A stretch of 64,000 nucleotides of DNA. Source: Acidobacteriota bacterium. GTDB taxonomy: Bacteria > Acidobacteriota > Thermoanaerobaculia > Multivoradales > Multivoraceae. Both the position numbers and the translations under genes were made by a program. The notes below the pieces were generated by a model. The model worked only from the letters and a program-made list of their open reading frames with translations, ran no database searches and was not told where the DNA came from. The stretch spans positions 563,786 through 627,785 of the forward strand of contig JAPPCR010000006.1 of assembly GCA_028875725.1 (NCBI GenBank), in the 5' to 3' direction. This document shows, piece after piece, positions 9,159 to 18,090 of the stretch (position 1 is its first letter; every line of letters begins with the position of its first letter).

Positions 9159-10874
9159 CTACTTGCGTTCGCTCACTGTATCCGCGGGATCTATCGCCCC
9201 CTGCGCCGAGAGGATCGCACCAGAGAGCGGGTCGTAGACGGCAGCGACGTACCGGTGCTCACGCCGGCGCATCACGAGTTCCGTCTCGTAGACGAAGGTG
9301 TCCCCGGGCGATGGCGCCCGCGCCCCGTGGATCGGGATCTTGTCAATCGGCGTCTCGGAGCGGTCGCCGTGTTCGTCGATCAGCGTGACCCGGAACTCCA
9401 GTTCGTTCATCCAGCGACCGTCCATCGGCAGGAGCTGAACGTCGTCGAGAGGAATCGACACCTCTATCGGTACCGAGATCTTCCTGAACCCGGCCTTGCG
9501 AGGCCTGCCGAAGCGCGCTTCAAGGACGTCCTTGCCCGGCGAATCGTCGAACACCAGAGCGCCTTCGACGAGCATCGTGACTTCGGTGCTTCGGGAAACG
9601 TCCAGGTAGTGCTTCCGGGTGCGAACGCGCAGGTCCCGGCGCCCGGGCAACCGCACCTTGATGTCGTGCAGCTCGTCGTCCTGGTCGCGGGGCGCTTCGA
9701 AGCCGAGCCAGTAGTAGCTGCGGGTGTCCTCGGCGGTCTCTCCGAGCGCTCGGTCGCGGGACGCGTCGAGCATCGGCAGTCCGCCCGTCTGTCTGGCCAG
9801 GAACCGGAGGACCTCGTGTCCGTTCTCTCTCCGGCACCACCCCTGGAGCGACGGGCTCGGGATTGGGCGTGGCCGGGTGGACGTGCCCAGGGTCCAGCCG
9901 CGGTCGTCGTTGTAACGGGTGTCAACGCCGGCTTGGCGCTGCACGTAGACCGAGTCGCGAGTTGAGGAGATGGTCCGGGGCGAGCCCCACCAGAGTGGGG
10001 CCGACGAACAGGCGACCATGTCCCTGAATCCGGGGAGATCGATCGGATACAGGCTGAAGCCGACCTGATTCGCGGCGTGAACCAGGGGGTTGTACAGGCT
10101 TTCCGTGTCGCCCCAGGGTGGAGCGGCCTCCATGATCGTCAGCCCGCGGGCAGGCTGGCTCCAGCCGTCCGCCAGGAGCAGCGCCACCTTGCGGCCGGGA
10201 GCGACGGCAAGAGCCCGTACCGTTGCGGTAGCGGCCATCACGGCTTTCCGCACCCGATTCTCCTGGGCTCCCCAGTCGCGCAGCCTCGCGCGGCCACCTG
10301 CTCGGCGCTGCCGCGCCAGCACCAGGGCCTCGCTGATCTCCTGGCGGGAGTTGGTCCAGTCGGTCAGCCGGGAGACGTTCCTGCCATCGAAGGCGACGAC
10401 GGCAACGCGATCCGCGGGGTTCAGCAGAACGAGATCCTGCTCCAGCCGGCTCAGCACTCGATCGCGGTGCTGCCGGACCGCGTGCAGGTCGTCGATGAAG
10501 ATGAGGTAACTCGTGCCCACCGGTTCGTCCGTTACCACCGACGGCACTCTCGCGACATCGTCGTCCAGCGAGCCTCGCGCCACGCCCTCGTCGACTTCCG
10601 TGAAGTAGCTGATCGGTATCGGCTCCCGATCGACCAGGAGTTCGAAGTCCGAGGCCGCGAGACCGCGGATGCGGTTGCCTCTCCTGTCGGTGACGACGAC
10701 TTCGACGTTCACGACCCGAACGTCAAGTACTTCGGAGAACAGATCAGGCCAGTGTTCTTGCTGTCCCCAAACGGGGACGGCTGCGATACAGAAGGTGACA
10801 GCGGCAGCGAAGCCGCGGCGCATCGAGAACGTCCCTTGTCTCTCGCCGGTCAGAACAGAGTCCTGTCGCAGCAA
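9159..10874 (-). CDS. secreted VWFA-related Acidobacterial-domain protein, paralog 4 (start may be the internal Met at about 10823)
   Basis: Signal peptide (MRRGFAAAVTFCIAAVPVWGQQ). Conserved N- and C-terminal blocks. Large Trp/Pro/Ser-rich variable insert in the middle. Confidence 0.7.
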   Translation of the reverse strand: MLRQDSVLTGERQGTFSMRRGFAAAVTFCIAAVPVWGQQEHWPDLFSEVLDVRVVNVEVVVTDRRGNRIRGLAASDFELLVDREPIPISYFTEVDEGVARGSLDDDVARVPSVVTDEPVGTSYLIFIDDLHAVRQHRDRVLSRLEQDLVLLNPADRVAVVAFDGRNVSRLTDWTNSRQEISEALVLARQRRAGGRARLRDWGAQENRVRKAVMAATATVRALAVAPGRKVALLLADGWSQPARGLTIMEAAPPWGDTESLYNPLVHAANQVGFSLYPIDLPGFRDMVACSSAPLWWGSPRTISSTRDSVYVQRQAGVDTRYNDDRGWTLGTSTRPRPIPSPSLQGWCRRENGHEVLRFLARQTGGLPMLDASRDRALGETAEDTRSYYWLGFEAPRDQDDELHDIKVRLPGRRDLRVRTRKHYLDVSRSTEVTMLVEGALVFDDSPGKDVLEARFGRPRKAGFRKISVPIEVSIPLDDVQLLPMDGRWMNELEFRVTLIDEHGDRSETPIDKIPIHGARAPSPGDTFVYETELVMRRREHRYVAAVYDPLSGAILSAQGAIDPADTVSERK

Positions 10875-10895
10875 CAGGCGTGCCAGAACTTTCGT

Positions 10896-11327
10896 CTAGC
10901 CGGGCGCCTCAATGCGGATCTGGGATCCGAACGGGGCGAAGTCGCGGACATTCCACGTGAGGATCGTCTCCGCTCTTGCCTTGAGCGCCGTTCGAGCGAT
11001 GAGCGTGTCGTAGGTCCGGCCGCCGACGGTTTCGAGCCTTACGGCTTCGGTCAGGGCAGCCCAGGTCTCGGTTCCGGTCAGTTGGACGACCGGCGCGGAA
11101 CTCCAGTTGGCCTCGATCGCCGCGAGGGCGTCGCTTGCTCGCAACCTGTGGGGAGCTGGCAGTCGCGTCAGCACGGAGTAGGTCTCCACGAGTGAGTGGC
11201 CTGCCAACACGAGCGTGTCGCCCCGGTTCGATCGCCGATCGAGTTCCGCGCGGGTGCGTTCGTGGTGCTCGTGCCAGGAACTGATCGCTGCGACCAGGCA
11301 GGACGTGTCGCAGAGGTACCGGGTCAA
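10896..11327 (-). CDS. vapC: type II toxin VapC (PIN-domain ribonuclease)
   Basis: 143 aa. PIN-like acidic residues (DTSCLVA... D..). 4 bp overlap with the upstream small antitoxin gene. Confidence 0.6.
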   Translation of the reverse strand: MTRYLCDTSCLVAAISSWHEHHERTRAELDRRSNRGDTLVLAGHSLVETYSVLTRLPAPHRLRASDALAAIEANWSSAPVVQLTGTETWAALTEAVRLETVGGRTYDTLIARTALKARAETILTWNVRDFAPFGSQIRIEAPG

Positions 11328-11596
11328 TCGCCAGGACGCTCGCGGTCCTGCCGCGTGCGGATTTCATCGATCACAGTGGCAACTTCCGATGCGGTCAGCG
11401 GAGCCGGTGTCTCCCCGGTTGGAACGGCGACGACCACCGAGCCGCGGCGTTCGAGTTTCACCTCGAGGGGCTCCGGCTCGATCTGAACGCAACCGCCGGT
11501 CAGGCGAAAGCGAACCTGGGTGCCTGGATGAAGATGCGCGGCGTCCCGGATGGCCTTGGGTACGACCAGGCGGCCTGCTTTGTCGATCATCGTCAT
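11324..11596 (-). CDS. vapB: antitoxin VapB (AbrB/MazE/SpoVT-type swapped-hairpin DNA-binding domain)
   Basis: 90 aa. MTMIDKAGRLVVPKAIRD is the typical AbrB/MazE N-terminus. Overlaps vapC by 4 bp. Confidence 0.6.
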   Translation of the reverse strand: MTMIDKAGRLVVPKAIRDAAHLHPGTQVRFRLTGGCVQIEPEPLEVKLERRGSVVVAVPTGETPAPLTASEVATVIDEIRTRQDRERPGD

Positions 11597-11646
11597 GGCA
11601 GAGAAGCTACCATTCTCTCTGCCAGGAAGCGACCCATAGGACGAGC

Positions 11647-13005
11647 TTAGCGGCGAACCTGCGCGAGCCTCCTGCGAAGTCCGGCCGCCTCGGGACTTCC
11701 CGCTTCCTCGGCCAGGTCGAGCGCCTTCCGGAACTGCCCGGCGGCGGCGTCCGGCAGCCCGCTGCTCACCATTGCTTCTCCGACGTTCGTTAGCAACTGG
11801 ATGAGGCCGTCGCGGGTGGGCGGATCCTGGGGCCGCTCCCGGTAGGCGCGATCCAATACGTCGACGGTGCGGACGACGTCGCCACGCTCGGCGCTGACCA
11901 GGGCGACGAGCAGCATCATGCTGACGTCGCTCGCGTCGAGTCGCAGAGCCTCTTCGGCCTTGGCGAGCGCCCCGCTCAGGTCGCCGGTCTGAAAGAGCGC
12001 CCGCGCCAGAAAAGGCGCCACGCCTTCGAGTTCCGGGTGCAGTTCGGACGCGCGGTGCGCGGCGGCGAGCGAGCCCGCCGGATCGCCAGCGGCGGCGAGC
12101 ACTTCGGCAAGTGCGAAGTGGAGTTCGGGCCTCGAGGCGTCGACATCGATGCCGGCACGGAGCTCACGCCGCGCGAGGTCGAGTTCGCCGTGGACGCGGT
12201 GAGCGTTGGCGCGCCGCAGATAGCTGCGGGCGTCCAGCGCCAGGTCGTGGACGCTCGAGCGGATCGGGTCGTCGCGGTAGTTGATGCGTCCCAGCGAGCG
12301 TGCGGCGGTGGCGATCTGCTGCCCGCGCTCGCGGTCTCCTGCCCGCGCGTACGCCTGGGCCAGGGTGACCGCGAAGGAGCGATTCTCGGCCGCGAGGTCG
12401 CGGGCTCGGGACAGATGCCGAATGGCGGCGTCCGAATCGCCGGCGGCGAGGGCGAGGCGGCCCAGCCCGGCGTGGGCGTGGGCGTTGGCCGGGTCGAGTC
12501 GGGCCGCTTGCGCGTACTCGCGGTTGGCGGCGTCGAACTGCCCGGTCCGCTCGAGCGCCTCGGCGAAGCGGACCCGGGCGGGTGCGTAGTCCGCGTCGAG
12601 GGCGAGGGCCGCGCGGTAGAACTGCAGGCTGTCCGCGGCGGAGCGTTCGTCGATCAGGGCGGCGAGCAGGTAGGGCCAGCGGAACGTCCCCGGCGAGAGC
12701 TCGTGGCCTCGGCCGTAGGCGGCGATGGCCTCGTCGGTGAAGGTGTGAGCCTCGAGGACCATGCCGTATCGGCCCCAGGCGTCGCCGTTTCCCGGGTCGG
12801 CGCGGAGGTCCGCCTGAAGCGAGGCGAGGCGCTGGCGAACGGCGGGCTCGGCGCCGTCGAGCCGGGGTGCGGGGATCTGCTGGGCGGTGAGGGGGGCAGT
12901 GGTGAGGAGTACGAGGAGGATCGCCGCGACGATGTCGCTTAGGGCGAGTGCCGGCCAGAAGGCAGGCGCACCGGCAGTCAGCCTGGCCGACATTGCGCGA
13001 GTCAT
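11647..13005 (-). CDS. tetratricopeptide-repeat protein with N-terminal membrane/signal anchor
   Basis: Multiple TPR-like repeats (AxxxYxxAL..P....A...LG pattern). Hydrophobic N-terminus. Stop codon 3 bp upstream of the CRTAC1 gene start. Confidence 0.6.
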   Translation of the reverse strand: MTRAMSARLTAGAPAFWPALALSDIVAAILLVLLTTAPLTAQQIPAPRLDGAEPAVRQRLASLQADLRADPGNGDAWGRYGMVLEAHTFTDEAIAAYGRGHELSPGTFRWPYLLAALIDERSAADSLQFYRAALALDADYAPARVRFAEALERTGQFDAANREYAQAARLDPANAHAHAGLGRLALAAGDSDAAIRHLSRARDLAAENRSFAVTLAQAYARAGDRERGQQIATAARSLGRINYRDDPIRSSVHDLALDARSYLRRANAHRVHGELDLARRELRAGIDVDASRPELHFALAEVLAAAGDPAGSLAAAHRASELHPELEGVAPFLARALFQTGDLSGALAKAEEALRLDASDVSMMLLVALVSAERGDVVRTVDVLDRAYRERPQDPPTRDGLIQLLTNVGEAMVSSGLPDAAAGQFRKALDLAEEAGSPEAAGLRRRLAQVRR

Positions 13006-13007
13006 CG

Positions 13008-14726
13008 TCAGTGGCCCTCGCCGCGGACTAGCGTTACGACCTGGTCGGCGGCAGCGCCGTCGAAGCTCTCCACCAGACCGTCGGGCCAGACGACATCGAA
13101 GCTCTCCACCGATTCGGCCGCGCCCAGGCCGAGGTGGGCCGTGGCGGGTCCGGCGGAGAGGTAGCTGCCGGGCGGCAGCGCGTGCAGGAGCCGCGGACCG
13201 TCCGGCGTACGGACCGTGATCCGGGCGCCGATCGCCTCGCGGTCGAGGCGGGGGTCGAACGCGCGGACCCGCAGCCAGTTCGCAACGGTCGGTTCGTCGC
13301 TGGCGGCGCCCGCGTCAATCGTCAGGTTGCGGAGAATCCGTGGCGCTCCGTCGAGGTTGGCGATCACGAGGTCGAGGTCGCCGTCCCGGTCCAGGTCGGC
13401 GGGTACGAGCGCCCGGCTGAGCCCGAGTTCGGTCCACGGCCGCTGGGCCGAAGCGTCGGCGAAGCGGCCTTCGTCGTTGACCAGGAGAAGGTTCGGTTCG
13501 GCGTACTCGGACCAGAACGCGGGAGGAGCGTCGACGCCACCGGGCGTAGCTAGCGCCGACGGCCGCCGCTTGACCGCTCCGTTCGCCACCGCGAGGTCGA
13601 GGTCGCCGTCGTTGTCGGCGTCGAAGAAGGCGGTGCCGAAGCCGGTCAGATCGAGGCTCGCCGCGCCGAGTTCGGTGTCGATCGTCGCGTCCTCGAAGCC
13701 GGGCAGCATGAGGTTGCGGTAGTAGGTGTTCGTCTCGGTGATCAGGTGGGTCACGAACAGGTCGAGGTCCAGGTCGAGGTCGGCGTCGCCGGTGGCGATG
13801 CCCATTCCCGCCTCGCTGTTGCCCCAGCGGTTGAACGCGGAGCCTTGCAGGACGCCGTCGTCCAGGAAACGCCCACCGCCCTGGTGGGTCCAGAGGTTGT
13901 TCGGGTCGGCGTCGTTCGCGACGTAGATGTCCACTTCGCCGTCGTGATCGAAGTCCGCGGCGACGACACCGAGGCCGGCGTCTGCCACCGCGGTGATGCC
14001 GGCGGCGGCGCTGACGTCTTCGAACCCGTTACCGCCCAGGTTGTGGAGCAGGACGTCGCTCAGGCCCTCGAACTCGGTGGGGCCACAGAAGTCCCGCCTT
14101 CCGCCGTGCTGCGAGCAGACGCGCGCCGGGTCGAACGCAACGTAGCGGGCGACGTAGAGGTCGAGGTAGCCGTCGCGGTCGTAGTCGAGCAGGGCGGCGG
14201 ACGAGGACCAGCCGGGAACAGCCGCGTTCCAGGCCGCGGAGCGGTCAGCGAACACGCCCTTGCCGTCGTTGAGGAAGAGGCGGTCCGGCCCGACCCGGGT
14301 CACGTAGAGGTCGAGGTCGCCGTCGTTGTCCAGATCGCCGACGGCGCAGCCCATGCCGTCGCCCTCCAGTCCGGCGGCCGTCGTGGCGTCTGTGAAGTGG
14401 CCGGCGTCGTGCTGGACGTAGAAGCGGTTGCCGCCGGCCGCCGGGGCGACGACGTACAGGTCGAGGTCGCCATCGCCGTCGGCGTCGAACACCGCCAGGC
14501 CGCCACCCATCACCGCCGGCATGGGGTAGGTCGAGTCCGTGCCGCTCGGCAGGACGTGGTCGATGCCGCTCTCGGCTGTCACGTCGACGAAGCGGACGGC
14601 GGGCGTGGCCTCCGGGCCGGCTCCCGGCGCTTCCGCCGGCGCCACACCGGAGTCGGGCGGCGCCGAACAGGCAGACGCGCTAGCCAGAACCAGGCCCGCA
14701 ACCCGGGCCGCGCGGTTCCGCGCCAC
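13008..14726 (-). CDS. CRTAC1-family lipoprotein (FG-GAP/VCBS repeats plus C-terminal ASPIC/UnbV domain); start set at GTG preceding lipobox
   Basis: Repeated FDADGDGDLDLYV / DLDNDGDLDLYV / FDHDGEVDIYV FG-GAP motifs. C-terminal ASPIC/UnbV-like block (RITVRTPDGPRLLHALPPGSYLSAG...FDVVWPDG). The six-frame ORF runs to 15119, but a lipoprotein signal (ARNRAARVAGLVLASASAC) begins at GTG 14726. Confidence 0.65.
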   Translation of the reverse strand: MARNRAARVAGLVLASASACSAPPDSGVAPAEAPGAGPEATPAVRFVDVTAESGIDHVLPSGTDSTYPMPAVMGGGLAVFDADGDGDLDLYVVAPAAGGNRFYVQHDAGHFTDATTAAGLEGDGMGCAVGDLDNDGDLDLYVTRVGPDRLFLNDGKGVFADRSAAWNAAVPGWSSSAALLDYDRDGYLDLYVARYVAFDPARVCSQHGGRRDFCGPTEFEGLSDVLLHNLGGNGFEDVSAAAGITAVADAGLGVVAADFDHDGEVDIYVANDADPNNLWTHQGGGRFLDDGVLQGSAFNRWGNSEAGMGIATGDADLDLDLDLFVTHLITETNTYYRNLMLPGFEDATIDTELGAASLDLTGFGTAFFDADNDGDLDLAVANGAVKRRPSALATPGGVDAPPAFWSEYAEPNLLLVNDEGRFADASAQRPWTELGLSRALVPADLDRDGDLDLVIANLDGAPRILRNLTIDAGAASDEPTVANWLRVRAFDPRLDREAIGARITVRTPDGPRLLHALPPGSYLSAGPATAHLGLGAAESVESFDVVWPDGLVESFDGAAADQVVTLVRGEGH

Positions 14727-14812
14727 TCGCGAACCGGGCCGAGCCCCCGCGGTTGGACGCCTGGATGACACGGTGCCGGGATGCGAGCGAGACGCCCGCT
14801 CTCCCACAGGTG

Positions 14813-15217
14813 TTACTGCCAGGCCCCCTGGATCGCACCGACCATCGCAAGGCCGATCGTCATGTGTCCGGCATTGATCAGCCACAGCTTGAGGGACCGC
14901 TGCTCGAACAGGTACTGGACCCCCATCAGCATCGACGCGATGCCGAGGCCGAGCAGGAGACCGACGTGGATTCCGACCATGTAGCCCCCGCCCATGTCCA
15001 TCATCACCATGCCGACGACGATGGCCGCGATCAACTCCAGAACGAACGAGCCGCCCATCGTCTTGACCATGTTCGATTCCGGCGGGTTCTCCATGTCGAT
15101 GCCCATCTCGGCGGCCCACGCCTTGCCGAACAGGAAGGAGTACCAGACGGCGCCGAAGGCGAAGAAGGCAACGGCGGAGACGACGACGGCAAGCCAGTTC
15201 AGGTCGGCAAAGTGCAT
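14813..15217 (-). CDS. DUF1761-family integral membrane protein
   Basis: 134 aa with 4 predicted TM segments. N-terminus LNWLAVVVSAVAFFAFGAVWYSFLFGKAW is typical of DUF1761. Confidence 0.5.
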   Translation of the reverse strand: MHFADLNWLAVVVSAVAFFAFGAVWYSFLFGKAWAAEMGIDMENPPESNMVKTMGGSFVLELIAAIVVGMVMMDMGGGYMVGIHVGLLLGLGIASMLMGVQYLFEQRSLKLWLINAGHMTIGLAMVGAIQGAWQ

Positions 15218-15289
15218 GCGGAGGCTCCTTCTCGTTGGTAAGGGGGCGAGGTCAGTGTAGCGCCCAGGTGGGTAGCGACATGGCCTGGG

Positions 15290-15763
15290 TTACTCCTCAG
15301 GCGCGCCGAAATGCTCGATCATGTAGTCGTCGTAGGGCCCGGCCAGGAAGTTCAGGAAGATCTCGTTGACCAGCTTGACCGCCTTGCCGGCGGCGTACTC
15401 GACGTCTCCGTCCAGGCTGCGGACCTCGATCGACACCTTCCCGCCCCGGTTCCGGCAGCGGCAGCTCACTTTCGACGCGTCGATCCGGCGGTGGGCAGGC
15501 AGGTCGTCGCTCGCGCGCTCGGCAACGAACCTGCGGAGTTCCCGATCCATCTCCGACGGATAGGGCACTCCGGGCAAGAGATCGACGAACACCACCGCCC
15601 TGCGTCGCGGTTCGAACCGGAGCCGATGAGGTTCGGGAGCGTGCCAGAGGAAACGGCATTCGAGGTTCCCTTTGCGGTCCTCGCTTGTTCCGAACCCCCG
15701 GAAGATCCCCTTGTCGGCGTAGTTCCGCAGGCGCTTCAACACAGTTTCTCGCAACGGGGTCAT
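15290..15763 (-). CDS. hypothetical protein
   Basis: 157 aa ORF with coding-like composition. No recognisable family. Confidence 0.35.
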   Translation of the reverse strand: MTPLRETVLKRLRNYADKGIFRGFGTSEDRKGNLECRFLWHAPEPHRLRFEPRRRAVVFVDLLPGVPYPSEMDRELRRFVAERASDDLPAHRRIDASKVSCRCRNRGGKVSIEVRSLDGDVEYAAGKAVKLVNEIFLNFLAGPYDDYMIEHFGAPEE

Positions 15764-15908
15764 GTCAATTCACTAGTCCCCACGACGACCGGTCGTACGC
15801 AGTGCGGTCGCCGCTTCGCGGCGCGATTTCCCGGCGGCCTCCGGCCGCAGCGGGTCGGAAGACCCGCGCACGCAGAGCACCGCTTCCGGCTCTCGGCGAC
15901 GTCCAGCT

Positions 15909-16080
15909 GGCTCGGGGACGGGTGTGGAGGGTCCCAGCGGGCTAGAGCCAAGCGACTGCCCGAGACCTTGCATGAACCACGGACAAGCCGGAGCGCAGGC
16001 GACCGAAGCGAACGCCCAACCTCACATCCACCAAGCGGGCGTGAGCGTCCGCTGGGACCCTCCACACCCGTCCACGAGCC
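15909..16080. repeat. intergenic long-stem hairpin element, copy 1 (about 30 bp stem, about 110 nt interior)
   Basis: The arm ggctcggggacgggtgtggagggtcccagcgg (15909-15940) pairs with ccgctgggaccctccacacccgtccacgagcc (16049-16080); one mismatch over about 32 bp. The interior shares a conserved core with copy 2 at about 47.98 kb. Confidence 0.7.
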
Positions 16081-16098
16081 AGCGGGTGCCCGCCACCG

Positions 16099-18090
16099 TC
16101 AGTGGTAGTAGGCCATGCAGCCGGGTTCGACCTTGCGGGGCAGGCCGGGCGGATACTCGTTGGTCCAGAACTCCTTGATGGCTTGGCAGTTGATGAGAGT
16201 GGAGACGCCGTCGTTGGCGGCCATCTCGTAGCTGCGGGGCAGCGCTTCGCGGAGCTGTTCGGGGGAGGTGACGTACTCGCCGCGAGCGCCGAGGCCTTCG
16301 GCGATCTTGTCGTAGCGCAGGTTCTCCTGGAAGAGGTACATGTGCATCGACCGCGTGGCGCGGCGAGCCGATCCGTAGACGCCCCAGGCGTTGTTGTTGT
16401 AGACGATCATGACCGCCGGGATCCGGTACTTCGCCAGGGTCTCGAACTCCATGCCGGAGTAGGCGATGCCGCCGTCGCCGGTGATCCCGAACACGGGCGC
16501 CCCGCGGTACGGCTCCTGGGGACCGACGCCGTTCATCACCGCGGCGCCGGCGCCGACCGTGTAGCCGACGTCGGGTCCGATCGCGCCGTACTGGTAGGCG
16601 CCGTTCAGGATCTGGCCCGGCCGGTGGGCGCGCAGCCAGCGCCGGGTGTAGCGGGCGATGCCGTAGCCGCCCGAGACCACCGTCGTCTGTTCCTTCGGCA
16701 GGTCGCCGGAGTACAGGAAGTTCGAGAGTTCCTGCGCGATGACGGCCGGGTGAATCGTGTCGGTGGCCGCGCTGTGCTTCAGCCCGAGCTCGTACCACTC
16801 CGCGTTCTGCTTTTCGAACGCGTCGCGGGCGGTGGCGAGCTCGTCGCGCCAGGCCGGACGCGACGCCGCCGGCAGTGCCTCTGCGAGAGCCTCCAGGCCG
16901 CCACGGGCGCTGGCAACGAGTCCCAGATCGACCGGCAGGTTGCGGCCGATGTCCGCCGCGTCGGGGTCGATCCGGATCACCTTGGCGTCCGGGTCGAAGG
17001 CGACTTCACCGACGCCGGGCATCGAGTACTGACCGACGAAGATGACGAGGTCGGCCGAGAGCAGGGCATCCGGTCCGGTGCTCACCGACAGCGGATGGCT
17101 GTCCGGGAAGTGGCCGCGCATCGGCCCGGATTCGACGACTGCGATGTCCGCCCGCTCCGCCACCGTGCGCAGGACATCCCAGGCCCGGTCGTAGAACACG
17201 CCGGTCGAGGCGACGATGATCGGCCGCTCGGCCTTCCCGATCATCTCGACGACCTTCCCGGTGTCCGCCCTGGACGGGTGGGGCAGGGCCTCGGTGCGGT
17301 AGGCGTTCTTGTCGTGGTAGTAGAGCAGGTCGTCCGGCGACTCGAACTGGGCCCGCGCGACCTCACCGGTGAAGTCGAGGTGGACCGGCCGCGGCACGCC
17401 GGTGCGCAGGTGCCGGAAGGCGTAGGCGGCGTACTCGTAGACCCGGTTCGGGGTGATCAGCCGCTTGCCGTACTTTTTCAACCCCACGGTGGTCGGTTGC
17501 TGGTAGCCGCGCTGGATGCCGCGTTCCGTGTCGTCACCGCCGACCGTCATGTTGCTCGCCAGCACGAGCAGCGGCGTGCGTGCGGCGTTCGCGGCGCCGA
17601 TGTTCATGATCATGTTCGTGAACCCCGGGCCCTCGGTGCCCGAGCAGGCGGCGGCCTCGCCGGTGACCCGGATGAAGCCGTCGGCGGCGGCGCACATGCT
17701 GCCCTCGGTGCGGCCGCCGTAGGTGGGGATGCCCTCGGCGGCGATCGCGTTGATCACCTGGTAGTTGCCCGGCGCGCAGAAGAGCGCCTTGAGGCCCTCG
17801 TTGGCGCAGGCGCGGGCGAACACCTGGGCGCCGTTCATCGGGAACTCGGCCGGGTCGGGGGCCTCGTTTCTGGTGCGGGGAATCTCCTCCGGAACGCTGA
17901 TTGGCCGATCCTCGCGGTCGGCGGCGGCAGCCCGGGCCTGCTGTGCGAACAGGGCGGCGGCGCCGACGCCGGCAGCGCTCGTGGCGACGAAGCTGCGGCG
18001 GGAGACGCCGGAATCTGCCTTGGCGGCGGCAGGGTCTGCGGCGTCTTGCGCCGGAGAGAGCGTACGGGGCGGGCGTTGCGGTTCGTTCAT
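16099..18090 (-). CDS. Tat-exported thiamine-pyrophosphate-dependent enzyme (ALS/POX/BFD superfamily)
   Basis: 663 aa. Twin-arginine signal SRRSFVATSAAGVGAAALFAQQARA. TPP-enzyme N-terminal, middle and C-terminal domains (GDGG..N TPP-binding region GITGDGGIAYSGMEFETL...NN). 4 bp overlap with the downstream cytochrome c gene. Confidence 0.65.
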   Translation of the reverse strand: MNEPQRPPRTLSPAQDAADPAAAKADSGVSRRSFVATSAAGVGAAALFAQQARAAAADREDRPISVPEEIPRTRNEAPDPAEFPMNGAQVFARACANEGLKALFCAPGNYQVINAIAAEGIPTYGGRTEGSMCAAADGFIRVTGEAAACSGTEGPGFTNMIMNIGAANAARTPLLVLASNMTVGGDDTERGIQRGYQQPTTVGLKKYGKRLITPNRVYEYAAYAFRHLRTGVPRPVHLDFTGEVARAQFESPDDLLYYHDKNAYRTEALPHPSRADTGKVVEMIGKAERPIIVASTGVFYDRAWDVLRTVAERADIAVVESGPMRGHFPDSHPLSVSTGPDALLSADLVIFVGQYSMPGVGEVAFDPDAKVIRIDPDAADIGRNLPVDLGLVASARGGLEALAEALPAASRPAWRDELATARDAFEKQNAEWYELGLKHSAATDTIHPAVIAQELSNFLYSGDLPKEQTTVVSGGYGIARYTRRWLRAHRPGQILNGAYQYGAIGPDVGYTVGAGAAVMNGVGPQEPYRGAPVFGITGDGGIAYSGMEFETLAKYRIPAVMIVYNNNAWGVYGSARRATRSMHMYLFQENLRYDKIAEGLGARGEYVTSPEQLREALPRSYEMAANDGVSTLINCQAIKEFWTNEYPPGLPRKVEPGCMAYYH

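Noticed and set aside
13746-14768. 340 aa plus-strand ORF and other ORFs inside 13008-15119
   Set aside because: Antisense to the CRTAC1 gene, whose FG-GAP repeats give repetitive open frames on both strands.
15760-16178. Two small ORFs (101 aa minus, 84 aa plus) both translating RWDPPHP
   Set aside because: The shared peptide is a by-product of translating both arms of the palindromic hairpin element. Interpreted as a non-coding structured repeat rather than genes.
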